64,000 bases of DNA. Origin: a virus. Below the pieces are notes generated by a model. The model made no database searches, was not told the origin of the DNA, and saw only the letters and a list, made by a program, of their open reading frames with translations. The position numbers and the translations under genes were made by a program. Below, one piece after another: positions 39,919 through 47,867 of this stretch; within the stretch, counting starts at the first letter, position 1, and each line of letters starts with the position of its first letter. The stretch spans positions 128,001-192,000 of the IMG/VR virus record IMGVR_UViG_3300045988_107814. One strand, written 5' to 3'.

Positions 39919-40689
39919 ATGAACAACAATAGACAGACACTTATCAATGAAGTAAATGATATCCTTAAATTCATGCAATACAGAAAATCAGTATTAGATG
40001 AAAAGCCAGAATATATAATTTATCCAGACACAAATGAAAAAGCAATTGATTTGTTAGCAAGAAGAATGTTTATTTTAAACGAGTTCTTTAATGAATCTAT
40101 CGAATCGTTGGTTGATATCTTAATTAAATATCATCCTCAACTTTTTCTTAGTGATGAAAAAGACGAGCTTACAGGTATAGTTAATGGTTTCTTAAAGCAT
40201 GGTAAAAAGTTAGCTATTGGTGGTACGCCATTGCAATATGAACCAGAGGAATCTAAAGATGTCGAAAAACATATTTCTTCTGATGATATTATTGTTTATA
40301 CAATAAAAGATGATAAGGTTGTAATTGCCTGGAAAACCAGACGAATCGATCAAGATTTTGATACTGTATCGTTTATCAAGCAAAATAGAATCATCAATAA
40401 CTATTTCTCAGTTTATGCTTCAACACTTGATTATTTTATTAATACTTCGACTGAACCTGATAATGCTAAATATATTGCTATCAGTCCAAATGGAGCAAAA
40501 GCATATCAGATTAAAGATGGCATGAATATTTTAGATCTTACTGTCTTTGCTATGAATAATCTTAATACAGCTCAGATTGTTCTGATTAAAATTGATAATA
40601 ATATCTCCATCAAGGATGTACCTAATATTGAATTCAATCAAATCATTTTTAGTAATGATTCAGTCCTTAATACAATGACTACTGAGTAA
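39919..40689 (+). CDS. hypothetical protein
   Basis: ATG 39919, 6 nt after GGAGG. 256 aa. Confidence 0.7.
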   Translation: MNNNRQTLINEVNDILKFMQYRKSVLDEKPEYIIYPDTNEKAIDLLARRMFILNEFFNESIESLVDILIKYHPQLFLSDEKDELTGIVNGFLKHGKKLAIGGTPLQYEPEESKDVEKHISSDDIIVYTIKDDKVVIAWKTRRIDQDFDTVSFIKQNRIINNYFSVYASTLDYFINTSTEPDNAKYIAISPNGAKAYQIKDGMNILDLTVFAMNNLNTAQIVLIKIDNNISIKDVPNIEFNQIIFSNDSVLNTMTTE

Positions 40690-40697
40690 TTATTACT

Positions 40698-40758
40698 AGA
40701 AACGTACTATTGCCAAGTACGTTTCTTTTTTGTCTTATAGCTTGAACTTTAATATAAT
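40698..40758 (+). promoter_or_regulatory. terminator plus sigma70/sigmaA-like promoter cassette, copy 2
   Basis: AGAAACGTAC-TATTGCCAA-GTACGTTTCT plus TTTTT. TTGTCT (40730-40735), 17-nt spacer, TATAAT (40753-40758). The stem carries a compensatory change relative to copy 1. Confidence 0.55.
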
Positions 40759-40774
40759 GAGAGGAGATGATAAT

Positions 40775-41971
40775 ATGGCTAATGGTAATAATAATATGAA
40801 TATTACTTCTGTTATAGATAAAGAGATATATCCTATTGTTTCAAATGTGCTATCTAAATCACTTACTAAATATAAATCGTTAATGAGTAAGTTTATGAAT
40901 ACAAGATCTACTTCTCTTTATGATACTTTTCCAGCTACACGTTGTACTTATGGTCAACAAGATGCTGATGAATTATATGCTGTTTTTGGAAAGAAAGAAA
41001 AAGAACTGCAAGAGATAATTAATAAGACATACTATTCACAGATTCCAAACTTTAACCCTAGAACTGCGAAGAATCCGGTAACTGTATTGTCTATTTGCAT
41101 TATCAAATATTTTTTGTCTAAGAATGATAAAAAGAATCTTGATATAGCAATTATTTATATGTCATTCTCTGGTGGATTTTATCCATCTATTCACTATGGA
41201 TCTTATCCTACTGCTGTGCCTGCTGATTATAGATGGGTATGTGACTATGTAGTAAACAATGAATTGTCTAATAAGTTTGACTTAAAGAAAACTGGTTCTG
41301 TTATAGGAACTATCAAATCCATTGGTGCTACTTGGGTAGATGCTTATAAAGATAGATTAAAAGGTAAGACCGATGATGAAGAATATGTTTATGTAATTCA
41401 GCAGTTACATATGCGTATTAAATCATTTATTCAGAATACAGCAGAAATCTATTATAAGTGTTATCAAAATCGTGAGTATCTTACTTATGATAGTGATGAT
41501 ATGTCTGAAGAAAACTTTAGACTTACTGAAAATGACAGTACAAAAATAGAAGCTATTACATCTCGTGCAATGACATGGATTACTACGCATGATGTAGATT
41601 ATCGTCTATGTAAGATGTGTTCTGACTCTAATGTAAAAACAGAAGAGATCAAATCTATTATAGAATCTATAGTAAAGAATACTGATAATATAGATACTGT
41701 GCGAGAACTTATATCTCTTATTACAGCTAACTATTTTAGATCCAGTAGAAATAAGGATGTACGTGATATAGAGTTTATTTCTTTTTCTGTTAAAGCCAAA
41801 CCAAATACAAAAGATAAAGATATACTAAGACAGAATACTATTATAGATACTTTTCTATGTGAAAATAGTATAGCATATAATAGACGTAAGAGTCGTGAAG
41901 CAACTAAGAATAGTTATAACAGAGCTGTATTGACATATTTCGTTTTAATTATAAATCAATCTAATAAATAA
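40775..41971 (+). CDS. hypothetical protein
   Basis: ATG 40775 after GAGAGGAG. 398 aa. Confidence 0.7.
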   Translation: MANGNNNMNITSVIDKEIYPIVSNVLSKSLTKYKSLMSKFMNTRSTSLYDTFPATRCTYGQQDADELYAVFGKKEKELQEIINKTYYSQIPNFNPRTAKNPVTVLSICIIKYFLSKNDKKNLDIAIIYMSFSGGFYPSIHYGSYPTAVPADYRWVCDYVVNNELSNKFDLKKTGSVIGTIKSIGATWVDAYKDRLKGKTDDEEYVYVIQQLHMRIKSFIQNTAEIYYKCYQNREYLTYDSDDMSEENFRLTENDSTKIEAITSRAMTWITTHDVDYRLCKMCSDSNVKTEEIKSIIESIVKNTDNIDTVRELISLITANYFRSSRNKDVRDIEFISFSVKAKPNTKDKDILRQNTIIDTFLCENSIAYNRRKSREATKNSYNRAVLTYFVLIINQSNK

Positions 41972-41985
41972 AGGAGGTTAAATCA

Positions 41986-43374
41986 TTGTCTATTTTTGCA
42001 AATGAACAAGCCTTAGATTCATATCAAGATAAGCAAATGCTTCAAGTAGTAAATGAAGCTTATTTTGGTCGTACTCCAGGAATTAATAAAGTATATAATG
42101 CTTTTTGTGATTGGAGAGATAAATATAAAAATAATAGAATTATCGGAAAAGGTAATGTATGTGCAATGAATGACAAACTTCTAAGATACTTTAGAAAAAC
42201 AGTAGAAGAACAATTTGGATTTAGTACTGTTACCATATGGCTTTGTCAATCTGACAGTAGAAATATGATGTTTACTATTCCAGCTTTTGGTGTTGGACCG
42301 GATAAAGTAATCGTAACAAAAGAAGGATATAAATATAAAGAAGATGCACAAGCAGCTGGTATATTTATTATGAATGCTGGACTTATATTTGATTCTAGTT
42401 TTTCTAACGAAGAATGTTTTGGTATATTTTTACATGAAGTTGGACATGCATTTCAGAATTCTTTAAATGGAATGATGATATCTATAAGATGGGCTACTAA
42501 TTTATTTACTATAGGTAAATTGATATTATCTGCTTTAAATATGAAGATTTTAAAAGTAGGGATGTATTCATTAAGTATATTAATGTCATCTAGTGGAATT
42601 AATAGAGCCACTTCATATTTAGTAAATTCAGTTATTATTGATAATAAAGTATTATCCTATATAGTTTCATCTTATTCTTATTTAGCATCTATAGTTAGCT
42701 CTATTATAAATACTGCTAAACTTATTCCTTCATTTATGATATTACCATTTGTATTTATGATTGAAGGGTTAAAATCTTTAACTAATCTTGTGATAAATCC
42801 TGTAGGATCATTTTATGGTTATTACGGAGAAAGATTTGCTGATGGATTTCCGGCATCATATGGATTTTCTTCACAAGCTGCAATAGCCATAGATAAGTTG
42901 GACTCTACTCAACTTGGCCTTTTTGGAGAGGCTTTAAATCAATTTCCCATATTAGCTAATATATATAATGCTATGTGTTTACCAGGTATTATGCTAATGT
43001 CTGTTGGAGATGAGCATCCATTACCACCAACAAGAGCTTATTCTATTTTAAATGATTTAAAAGAAGATTTAAATGATCCATCATTAGATCCTAAACTTAA
43101 AACTAAATTAAAAAATGAAATTTATGAATATGAAAAAGCTATGAATTTATATTTTGAAGAAGAATCTAAAATAGGAAATTCTCAAATTGCTAGATCTATT
43201 GTGTATAGATTTATTTATGAAAAATGTAAGGGTGGACTTAAATTTAAAGTTTTTTCTGGATTTGGTAAGATTAACTTTAGACGGATTACAAATAATACAG
43301 CTAATAAAATTAGAAATTCCAATAGATCTTATAAAGAATCTGCTGATTTTATTAATAATACTAAAATTATATAA
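41986..43374 (+). CDS. HExxH zinc metallopeptidase-like protein with hydrophobic segments
   Basis: TTG start 8 nt after AAGGAGG. FLHEVGHAFQ motif followed by several long hydrophobic stretches. Confidence 0.7.
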   Translation: MSIFANEQALDSYQDKQMLQVVNEAYFGRTPGINKVYNAFCDWRDKYKNNRIIGKGNVCAMNDKLLRYFRKTVEEQFGFSTVTIWLCQSDSRNMMFTIPAFGVGPDKVIVTKEGYKYKEDAQAAGIFIMNAGLIFDSSFSNEECFGIFLHEVGHAFQNSLNGMMISIRWATNLFTIGKLILSALNMKILKVGMYSLSILMSSSGINRATSYLVNSVIIDNKVLSYIVSSYSYLASIVSSIINTAKLIPSFMILPFVFMIEGLKSLTNLVINPVGSFYGYYGERFADGFPASYGFSSQAAIAIDKLDSTQLGLFGEALNQFPILANIYNAMCLPGIMLMSVGDEHPLPPTRAYSILNDLKEDLNDPSLDPKLKTKLKNEIYEYEKAMNLYFEEESKIGNSQIARSIVYRFIYEKCKGGLKFKVFSGFGKINFRRITNNTANKIRNSNRSYKESADFINNTKII

Positions 43375-43385
43375 GGAGGGCTATT

Positions 43386-44225
43386 ATGTTTGAATATAAT
43401 GATTTATTCTCTTACTTTAATGAAGCCGATGATGAAGAAGAGAAAAAAAAGAACGGTGATAAAGATACTGAAGATGACAAGAAAGAAGATAAGAAATCTG
43501 AGGATAAAAAAGAAGATAAAGATGATGACTCCGATTACAATGATCTGATGGATAGTGACAAAGATACAGAAGATGATGAATCTGAAGATTATAATGATTT
43601 AATGTCTGATGATTCAGAAGAGGATATTTCTACAGATGATGTAGCAACAGATAGTTCTGATGATAGTGATTATAATGATTTAATAGGTGATTCTAGCGAT
43701 TCCAATAGTAGTTGCTGCAATGTATACGAAAAAGCTTTAAAAGCTGCATATGCTTCGACTGTTGTAGTCTCTAACTTAAATTATATTTCTTTCAAAGTTA
43801 TTGGTCAAGGCCTCGATAGTACAAAACGTATTATTGAAAGTCTTGTATGGAATATTGATAATGTTTCAAGAACATTTTATCATTTTGCATCAGAATCTCC
43901 TTTATGTGAAATTGATAATCCTATTAGAGCTAAGGAACATTGTGAAGATGTTTCTGTTGCAATTGAAAATGAATATGAATGGAGAGAAGCACTAGAATTT
44001 ATTGATAAGAATATTAATGAATTACTTGTATATATTAAGTGCTTAAATGATATGCCAGGATTAAGAAAAGATATAGCTGACGTATGTGGTTGCTGTATTG
44101 GAACTATAGAAAGAGTTTCTAACAATGATATACGAAAGACTTTAGCAGGTAAGTCTTCAGACACTTCAACAGCAGTAATTGCAGTTAAGTCTGAATCTTG
44201 TGATTATTATAACGACATATTTTAA
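43386..44225 (+). CDS. highly acidic protein with repeated (S)DYNDL(M/I) motifs
   Basis: AAGGAGGG RBS. N-terminal 110 aa rich in D/E/K, with DYNDLM, DYNDLM and DYNDLI repeats. The C-terminal half looks folded. Confidence 0.7.
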   Translation: MFEYNDLFSYFNEADDEEEKKKNGDKDTEDDKKEDKKSEDKKEDKDDDSDYNDLMDSDKDTEDDESEDYNDLMSDDSEEDISTDDVATDSSDDSDYNDLIGDSSDSNSSCCNVYEKALKAAYASTVVVSNLNYISFKVIGQGLDSTKRIIESLVWNIDNVSRTFYHFASESPLCEIDNPIRAKEHCEDVSVAIENEYEWREALEFIDKNINELLVYIKCLNDMPGLRKDIADVCGCCIGTIERVSNNDIRKTLAGKSSDTSTAVIAVKSESCDYYNDIF

Positions 44226-44235
44226 GAAAATACAA

Positions 44236-44265
44236 TCTCCAGAGGATACTTAAATCCTCTGGAGA
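44236..44265. terminator. bidirectional terminator between convergent genes
   Basis: TCTCCAGAGGA-TACTTAAA-TCCTCTGGAGA with T-rich flanks on both strands. Confidence 0.6.
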
Positions 44266-44275
44266 CTTACTTTAT

Positions 44276-44629
44276 TTATACTACATATGGATCTCTACCA
44301 AATATTCTCGTTGCTGTCTCAAGCTCTTTATTAAGATCCTCAATGCATCTAAGAGCTTTTAATTTATTTTCCTCTTTATCGTAATAGATTGTAAGATTAG
44401 ATACGTAAGCAGTACTTAAACCATTTCCAGTCCAAATTAATGATGTTCTGAATCTAATATCATATTCAAAATTATATTTCTTATATACTGTCTCATAAAC
44501 AGTCATTTCCAGAATAGAACTTTGACCTTTAGCTGGAATAAAAAAGTTTATACCATTAACTTTGAAGTTAGCTTCTTTTTTCAGTACTGTTACTTTACAT
44601 TTAACTTGTTCTCTTTCTCTCTTTTTCAT
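44276..44629 (-). CDS. hypothetical protein
   Basis: Start moved to ATG 44629, 9 nt after GAGGTG. Confidence 0.6.
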   Translation of the reverse strand: MKKREREQVKCKVTVLKKEANFKVNGINFFIPAKGQSSILEMTVYETVYKKYNFEYDIRFRTSLIWTGNGLSTAYVSNLTIYYDKEENKLKALRCIEDLNKELETATRIFGRDPYVV

Positions 44630-44642
44630 TTCATATATCACC

Positions 44643-45176
44643 TCAATCAAGATTAGTCCACTTCGGGCAAGGAGAACTTACCTTAAGACCTTCATGTGCA
44701 GGAATTGTAGTTTCGTTCTTCTCATAACGAGGAGATCCATCTTCATTAACACCTGTCTTCATTGGGAACTTCTTCTGGGTCTCTGGAATTTCCTTAAGCT
44801 GAATAGAAATATCGGACTTCTCAGTAGCACCGAGATTAATCTTTCTACCTGTTCTCAAAGCACTATTAACAAAGTCCTTAGAAAGAGTTACCATTGTAGA
44901 TGCATCAGACTTCTTTACCTCATAACTATCTACAATACTACAAGCTTCTACCTTAGGCATCTTTGTCGTAGATGCAATGATACCAGCAACCATTTCTCTA
45001 TATTCAGTTGCAGGACAATGAGTTTCTTGAGATGACCAATCCTTTACAACAAAGTTTCTGTCATTAAGCATTGCACGCATAACAGCTTCTTCATCACGTC
45101 TAGATGCAGATTTCTGTTTCAAATTTTCTCTGATGTCATTGATTAGCTCCTGTACACTTACGTTGTTGTTTTCCAT
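44643..45176 (-). CDS. hypothetical protein, possibly a divergent HU/IHF-like DNA-binding fold (GC-richer gene)
   Basis: ATG 45176 after AAGGAGG. ELINDIRENL..KSASRRDEEAVMRAM and TTIPAHEGLKVSS loosely resemble the HU helix 1-2 and the ..IPA...P.FK.G arm. Weak. Confidence 0.6.
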   Translation of the reverse strand: MENNNVSVQELINDIRENLKQKSASRRDEEAVMRAMLNDRNFVVKDWSSQETHCPATEYREMVAGIIASTTKMPKVEACSIVDSYEVKKSDASTMVTLSKDFVNSALRTGRKINLGATEKSDISIQLKEIPETQKKFPMKTGVNEDGSPRYEKNETTIPAHEGLKVSSPCPKWTNLD

Positions 45177-45238
45177 TTTATTTTCCTCCTTAATGGAATT
45201 TAATTTATTATTAAACGTTTTCATTTGAAAACGAATAA

Positions 45239-45682
45239 TTACATATAACAAACTACAATTTTGACATTTATATCATTAAAAGTATATTTGATAAGATTTC
45301 TGACTAAATTCCAGTTCATCTTATCTAAGCCAGAACCAATTTTAGGCATTGCTAATAGTCTGATTCTTTGTTTTAAAACTTGTTTCCTTAGATCTACTAA
45401 AGAATTTAAGATAGTTTTCTTGGTAGGTTTTTGATAATAGTTTCGTTTTGTTACTAAGTTAAACACTTTTCCATCTTGAACACAAAATCCTTTTGCTAGG
45501 GATTTGTCCCATTCAGATAACATATTGTAATGACTTCTTCTTAAATTTTCTCTTGTATTAAAATGCTCATTAAATTGGACTGCGATTCCAGCACCCATTG
45601 CAAAATCAGCACTAATGCATTGTACCAGATAATAATCATCAGATACACTAAATAAATCTCTTTGTTCCTCACTATAAACCAT
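45239..45682 (-). CDS. macrodomain protein, TARG1/OARD1/DarG-like ADP-ribosyl hydrolase
   Basis: LVQCISADFAMGAGIAVQF (TARG1 LAHCISEDCRMGAGIAVLF), AMPKIGSGLDKMNWNLV (SMPRIGCGLDRLQWENV), VKIVVCYM (IKITVYTL). Confidence 0.8.
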   Translation of the reverse strand: MVYSEEQRDLFSVSDDYYLVQCISADFAMGAGIAVQFNEHFNTRENLRRSHYNMLSEWDKSLAKGFCVQDGKVFNLVTKRNYYQKPTKKTILNSLVDLRKQVLKQRIRLLAMPKIGSGLDKMNWNLVRNLIKYTFNDINVKIVVCYM

Positions 45683-45684
45683 AA

Positions 45685-45858
45685 TTACACCTTTTTCTTT
45701 CTAGGATTGATATTGTCCCATTGAAATACAAACAATCCATTATTTGAATTGTTTTTACCGTTTCTTTTTATATATTCTTGAATGTCTTCATCAGTCATTG
45801 TCATCAATTTATCGATGAACTTTTCTTTCTTATCTTCTTTCAATTTTATTACCTCCAT
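45685..45858 (-). CDS. small hypothetical protein (57 aa, or 52 aa from TTG 45843)
   Basis: Below the ORF-track cutoff. GGAGG precedes TTG 45843. The stop lies 2 nt before the macrodomain ATG (GTGTAATTATG). Confidence 0.45.
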   Translation of the reverse strand: MEVIKLKEDKKEKFIDKLMTMTDEDIQEYIKRNGKNNSNNGLFVFQWDNINPRKKKV

Positions 45859-45957
45859 CATTCATTTATAGATATGTTTAAGAGGTAGTAAAAACATACG
45901 CAATGCGTTCATTAATCAACATTAAAATAAAAGAATGAAATTAAAGGAGGTCGTTTT

Positions 45958-46731
45958 ATGATTAATGAAAGTTCTTTAATAGGAGTACAACCTAATGAAG
46001 TCGATGTTATAAAAATTCCAAAAGATATTCCAGCTATGGATATTGAAGATTATGATTTATTTGATGACAAAGATAGAGAAAAATATATTAAAGATTTAGA
46101 AAGAACAATTAGATCGTCTTATGAGTATAGAAATATGATTCAATATCTAAGAGAATATATGAATATGAATTCTTGTGCATTTATGCCTAATGTAACAAAT
46201 GATGTCAATAGAAGAATTAAGATTGAAATACATCATTCTCCATTTACTTTAAGAGATGTATGCGTTACGATTATAAATAAGAGAATGAAAAATAATGAAC
46301 CTCTTACTATAGAATCTGTAGCATATGAAGTAATGTATGTACATTATTGTTTAATGGTAGGATTGATTCCTTTGTCTGAAACAGTACACCAATTAGTGCA
46401 TACACAATATATTTTTATCCCTGTAGATAAAGTATATGGATATTATAAGAATTTCGTGAAATCTTATTATGATTATATTGATCCAGAATTATTAGATAAA
46501 CTTGATGAGTTAGAAAAACTTACTATCGCTGGTACATATAATGACTCTTATAAAGAAGTACTTGAAAAGAAATATGTTACTGTTGATATGGAAGGCAATA
46601 ATCAAATTGAAAAATTACATGATCTGCAAGAAACATTAAAACAAAGATTGAGTGAACTTAGAGGAGATTCTCAAGAAACTCCAAATAAGGATTATTCTAA
46701 TTCTCCTTTATTACATCCTCAAAATATGTAA
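45958..46731 (+). CDS. hypothetical protein
   Basis: AAAGGAGG RBS. 257 aa with His-rich segment EIHHSPF...LVHTQ. Confidence 0.7.
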   Translation: MINESSLIGVQPNEVDVIKIPKDIPAMDIEDYDLFDDKDREKYIKDLERTIRSSYEYRNMIQYLREYMNMNSCAFMPNVTNDVNRRIKIEIHHSPFTLRDVCVTIINKRMKNNEPLTIESVAYEVMYVHYCLMVGLIPLSETVHQLVHTQYIFIPVDKVYGYYKNFVKSYYDYIDPELLDKLDELEKLTIAGTYNDSYKEVLEKKYVTVDMEGNNQIEKLHDLQETLKQRLSELRGDSQETPNKDYSNSPLLHPQNM

Positions 46732-46745
46732 ATGACAAAGAAATC

Positions 46746-46775
46746 CCCGTAGGAATTTTGTTCCTACGGGTTTTT
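46746..46775 (+). terminator. intrinsic terminator
   Basis: CCCGTAGGAA-TTTTG-TTCCTACGGG followed by TTTTT. Confidence 0.65.
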
Positions 46776-46829
46776 CATTCAGTATATCTTTTGGAGTATA
46801 TTACCAGTGTGTCTGACATTACATCAGAC

Positions 46830-46906
46830 TTGGTTGGGATAGCTGGATTTGAACCAGCGGAATGACGGAGTCAAAGTCCGTTGCCTTACCACTTGGCTAT
46901 ATCCCA
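46830..46906 (-). tRNA. tRNA-Gln (anticodon UUG), CCA encoded
   Basis: rc: TGGGATA...anticodon stem ACGGA/TCCGT with loop CTTTGAC, T-arm GCTGG-TTCAAAT-CCAGC, TATCCCA-ACCA. Confidence 0.9.
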
Positions 46907-46939
46907 TCATTCATATTTACTTATAAGTTAGTGTGGTTA

Positions 46940-46970
46940 TAAAAAATAACAGGTGGTATTAACCACCTGT
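46940..46970 (-). terminator. intrinsic terminator (A/T runs on both sides)
   Basis: ACAGGTGGT/ACCACCTGT stem. On the minus strand it is followed by TATTTTTTAT. Confidence 0.55.
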
Positions 46971-47005
46971 CAAAATTTTCCAGCATGACGCTAAAGAAAT
47001 ACATG

Positions 47006-47428
47006 TTAGCAATTTCTATTTGCTAACGTCAATCTAGAAATTTCTTTAATCTTAAATTCTCCATTTTCTAGTTCATAGTAACCATTCATTTTAATTACTG
47101 GTTGATCTAGCTTAGAATAATATAAAGAATTAATAACTTCAATCTCTAATGAGTCTTCTCCATTTTCTTCATCTCTAATATACCTAAGTACTTTAGCAAC
47201 AATATTATCACCATCATCTGGATATTCGGAATTATGACATATTTGCATATTGCCTTCTCTAAAGTTAACCCTATTATTAGGATGATTAGGATCACTCACT
47301 CTAGGTTCATAGATAAATATCATTCCATTATTATTATTAGAAATACTTTTGAAAAGATTATTTCTAACCTCATCAAAATTAGTTATCTTATTACCTTTGA
47401 GTAAATAACTCATATTCTTTTTTGTCAT
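47006..47428 (-). CDS. hypothetical protein, ATGA-coupled to the RelE/ParE-like gene
   Basis: Start placed at ATG 47428, which overlaps the upstream TGA (ATGA). Confidence 0.6.
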   Translation of the reverse strand: MTKKNMSYLLKGNKITNFDEVRNNLFKSISNNNNGMIFIYEPRVSDPNHPNNRVNFREGNMQICHNSEYPDDGDNIVAKVLRYIRDEENGEDSLEIEVINSLYYSKLDQPVIKMNGYYELENGEFKIKEISRLTLANRNC

Positions 47429-47862
47429 GAAGAAATTAACGATAGCTTTTGATTCTTTGGTTGATAGCATGTAAATTCATTCTCCTTTCGTTTGTACAAC
47501 TCTACATAATTTTTGAATAACTGCAAATACTTAGTTTGTCTATGAGGATTAGACTTGTTACTTTTAATGTTAACAAGATTATTTCCATTCTTTACATAGA
47601 AATAAACTACATTGATTTTATTATTACTATCTACCTTATATAGTAATCTAACTTGAATTTTGTTGAATTGTGATTTATAAACGTAGAAACCGTCATCTAC
47701 AATATCATGAATAATATTACCATCTCCAAATACATTGGAGATGGCAATATTTTGTTCTTGATAATACTTATAACGATTTTCTAGTTTACTAATACACTTA
47801 TCAACTGCTTTACGAATACTTGGATCTAATTTCTTGTATTCTTTACACGAGTTAATAATCAT
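47425..47862 (-). CDS. RelE/ParE-superfamily-like protein (Gp49/HigB-like)
   Basis: KEYKKLDPSIRKAVDKCISKLE, then FYVYKSQFNKIQVRLLYKVDSNNKINVVYFYVKNG, parallels RelE LKEWRKL..VREQLKKKL.E...CYKIKLRSSGYRLVYQVIDEKVVVFVISVGKR. Pattern-level similarity only. Confidence 0.5.
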   Translation of the reverse strand: MIINSCKEYKKLDPSIRKAVDKCISKLENRYKYYQEQNIAISNVFGDGNIIHDIVDDGFYVYKSQFNKIQVRLLYKVDSNNKINVVYFYVKNGNNLVNIKSNKSNPHRQTKYLQLFKNYVELYKRKENEFTCYQPKNQKLSLISS

Positions 47863-47867
47863 ATTAA

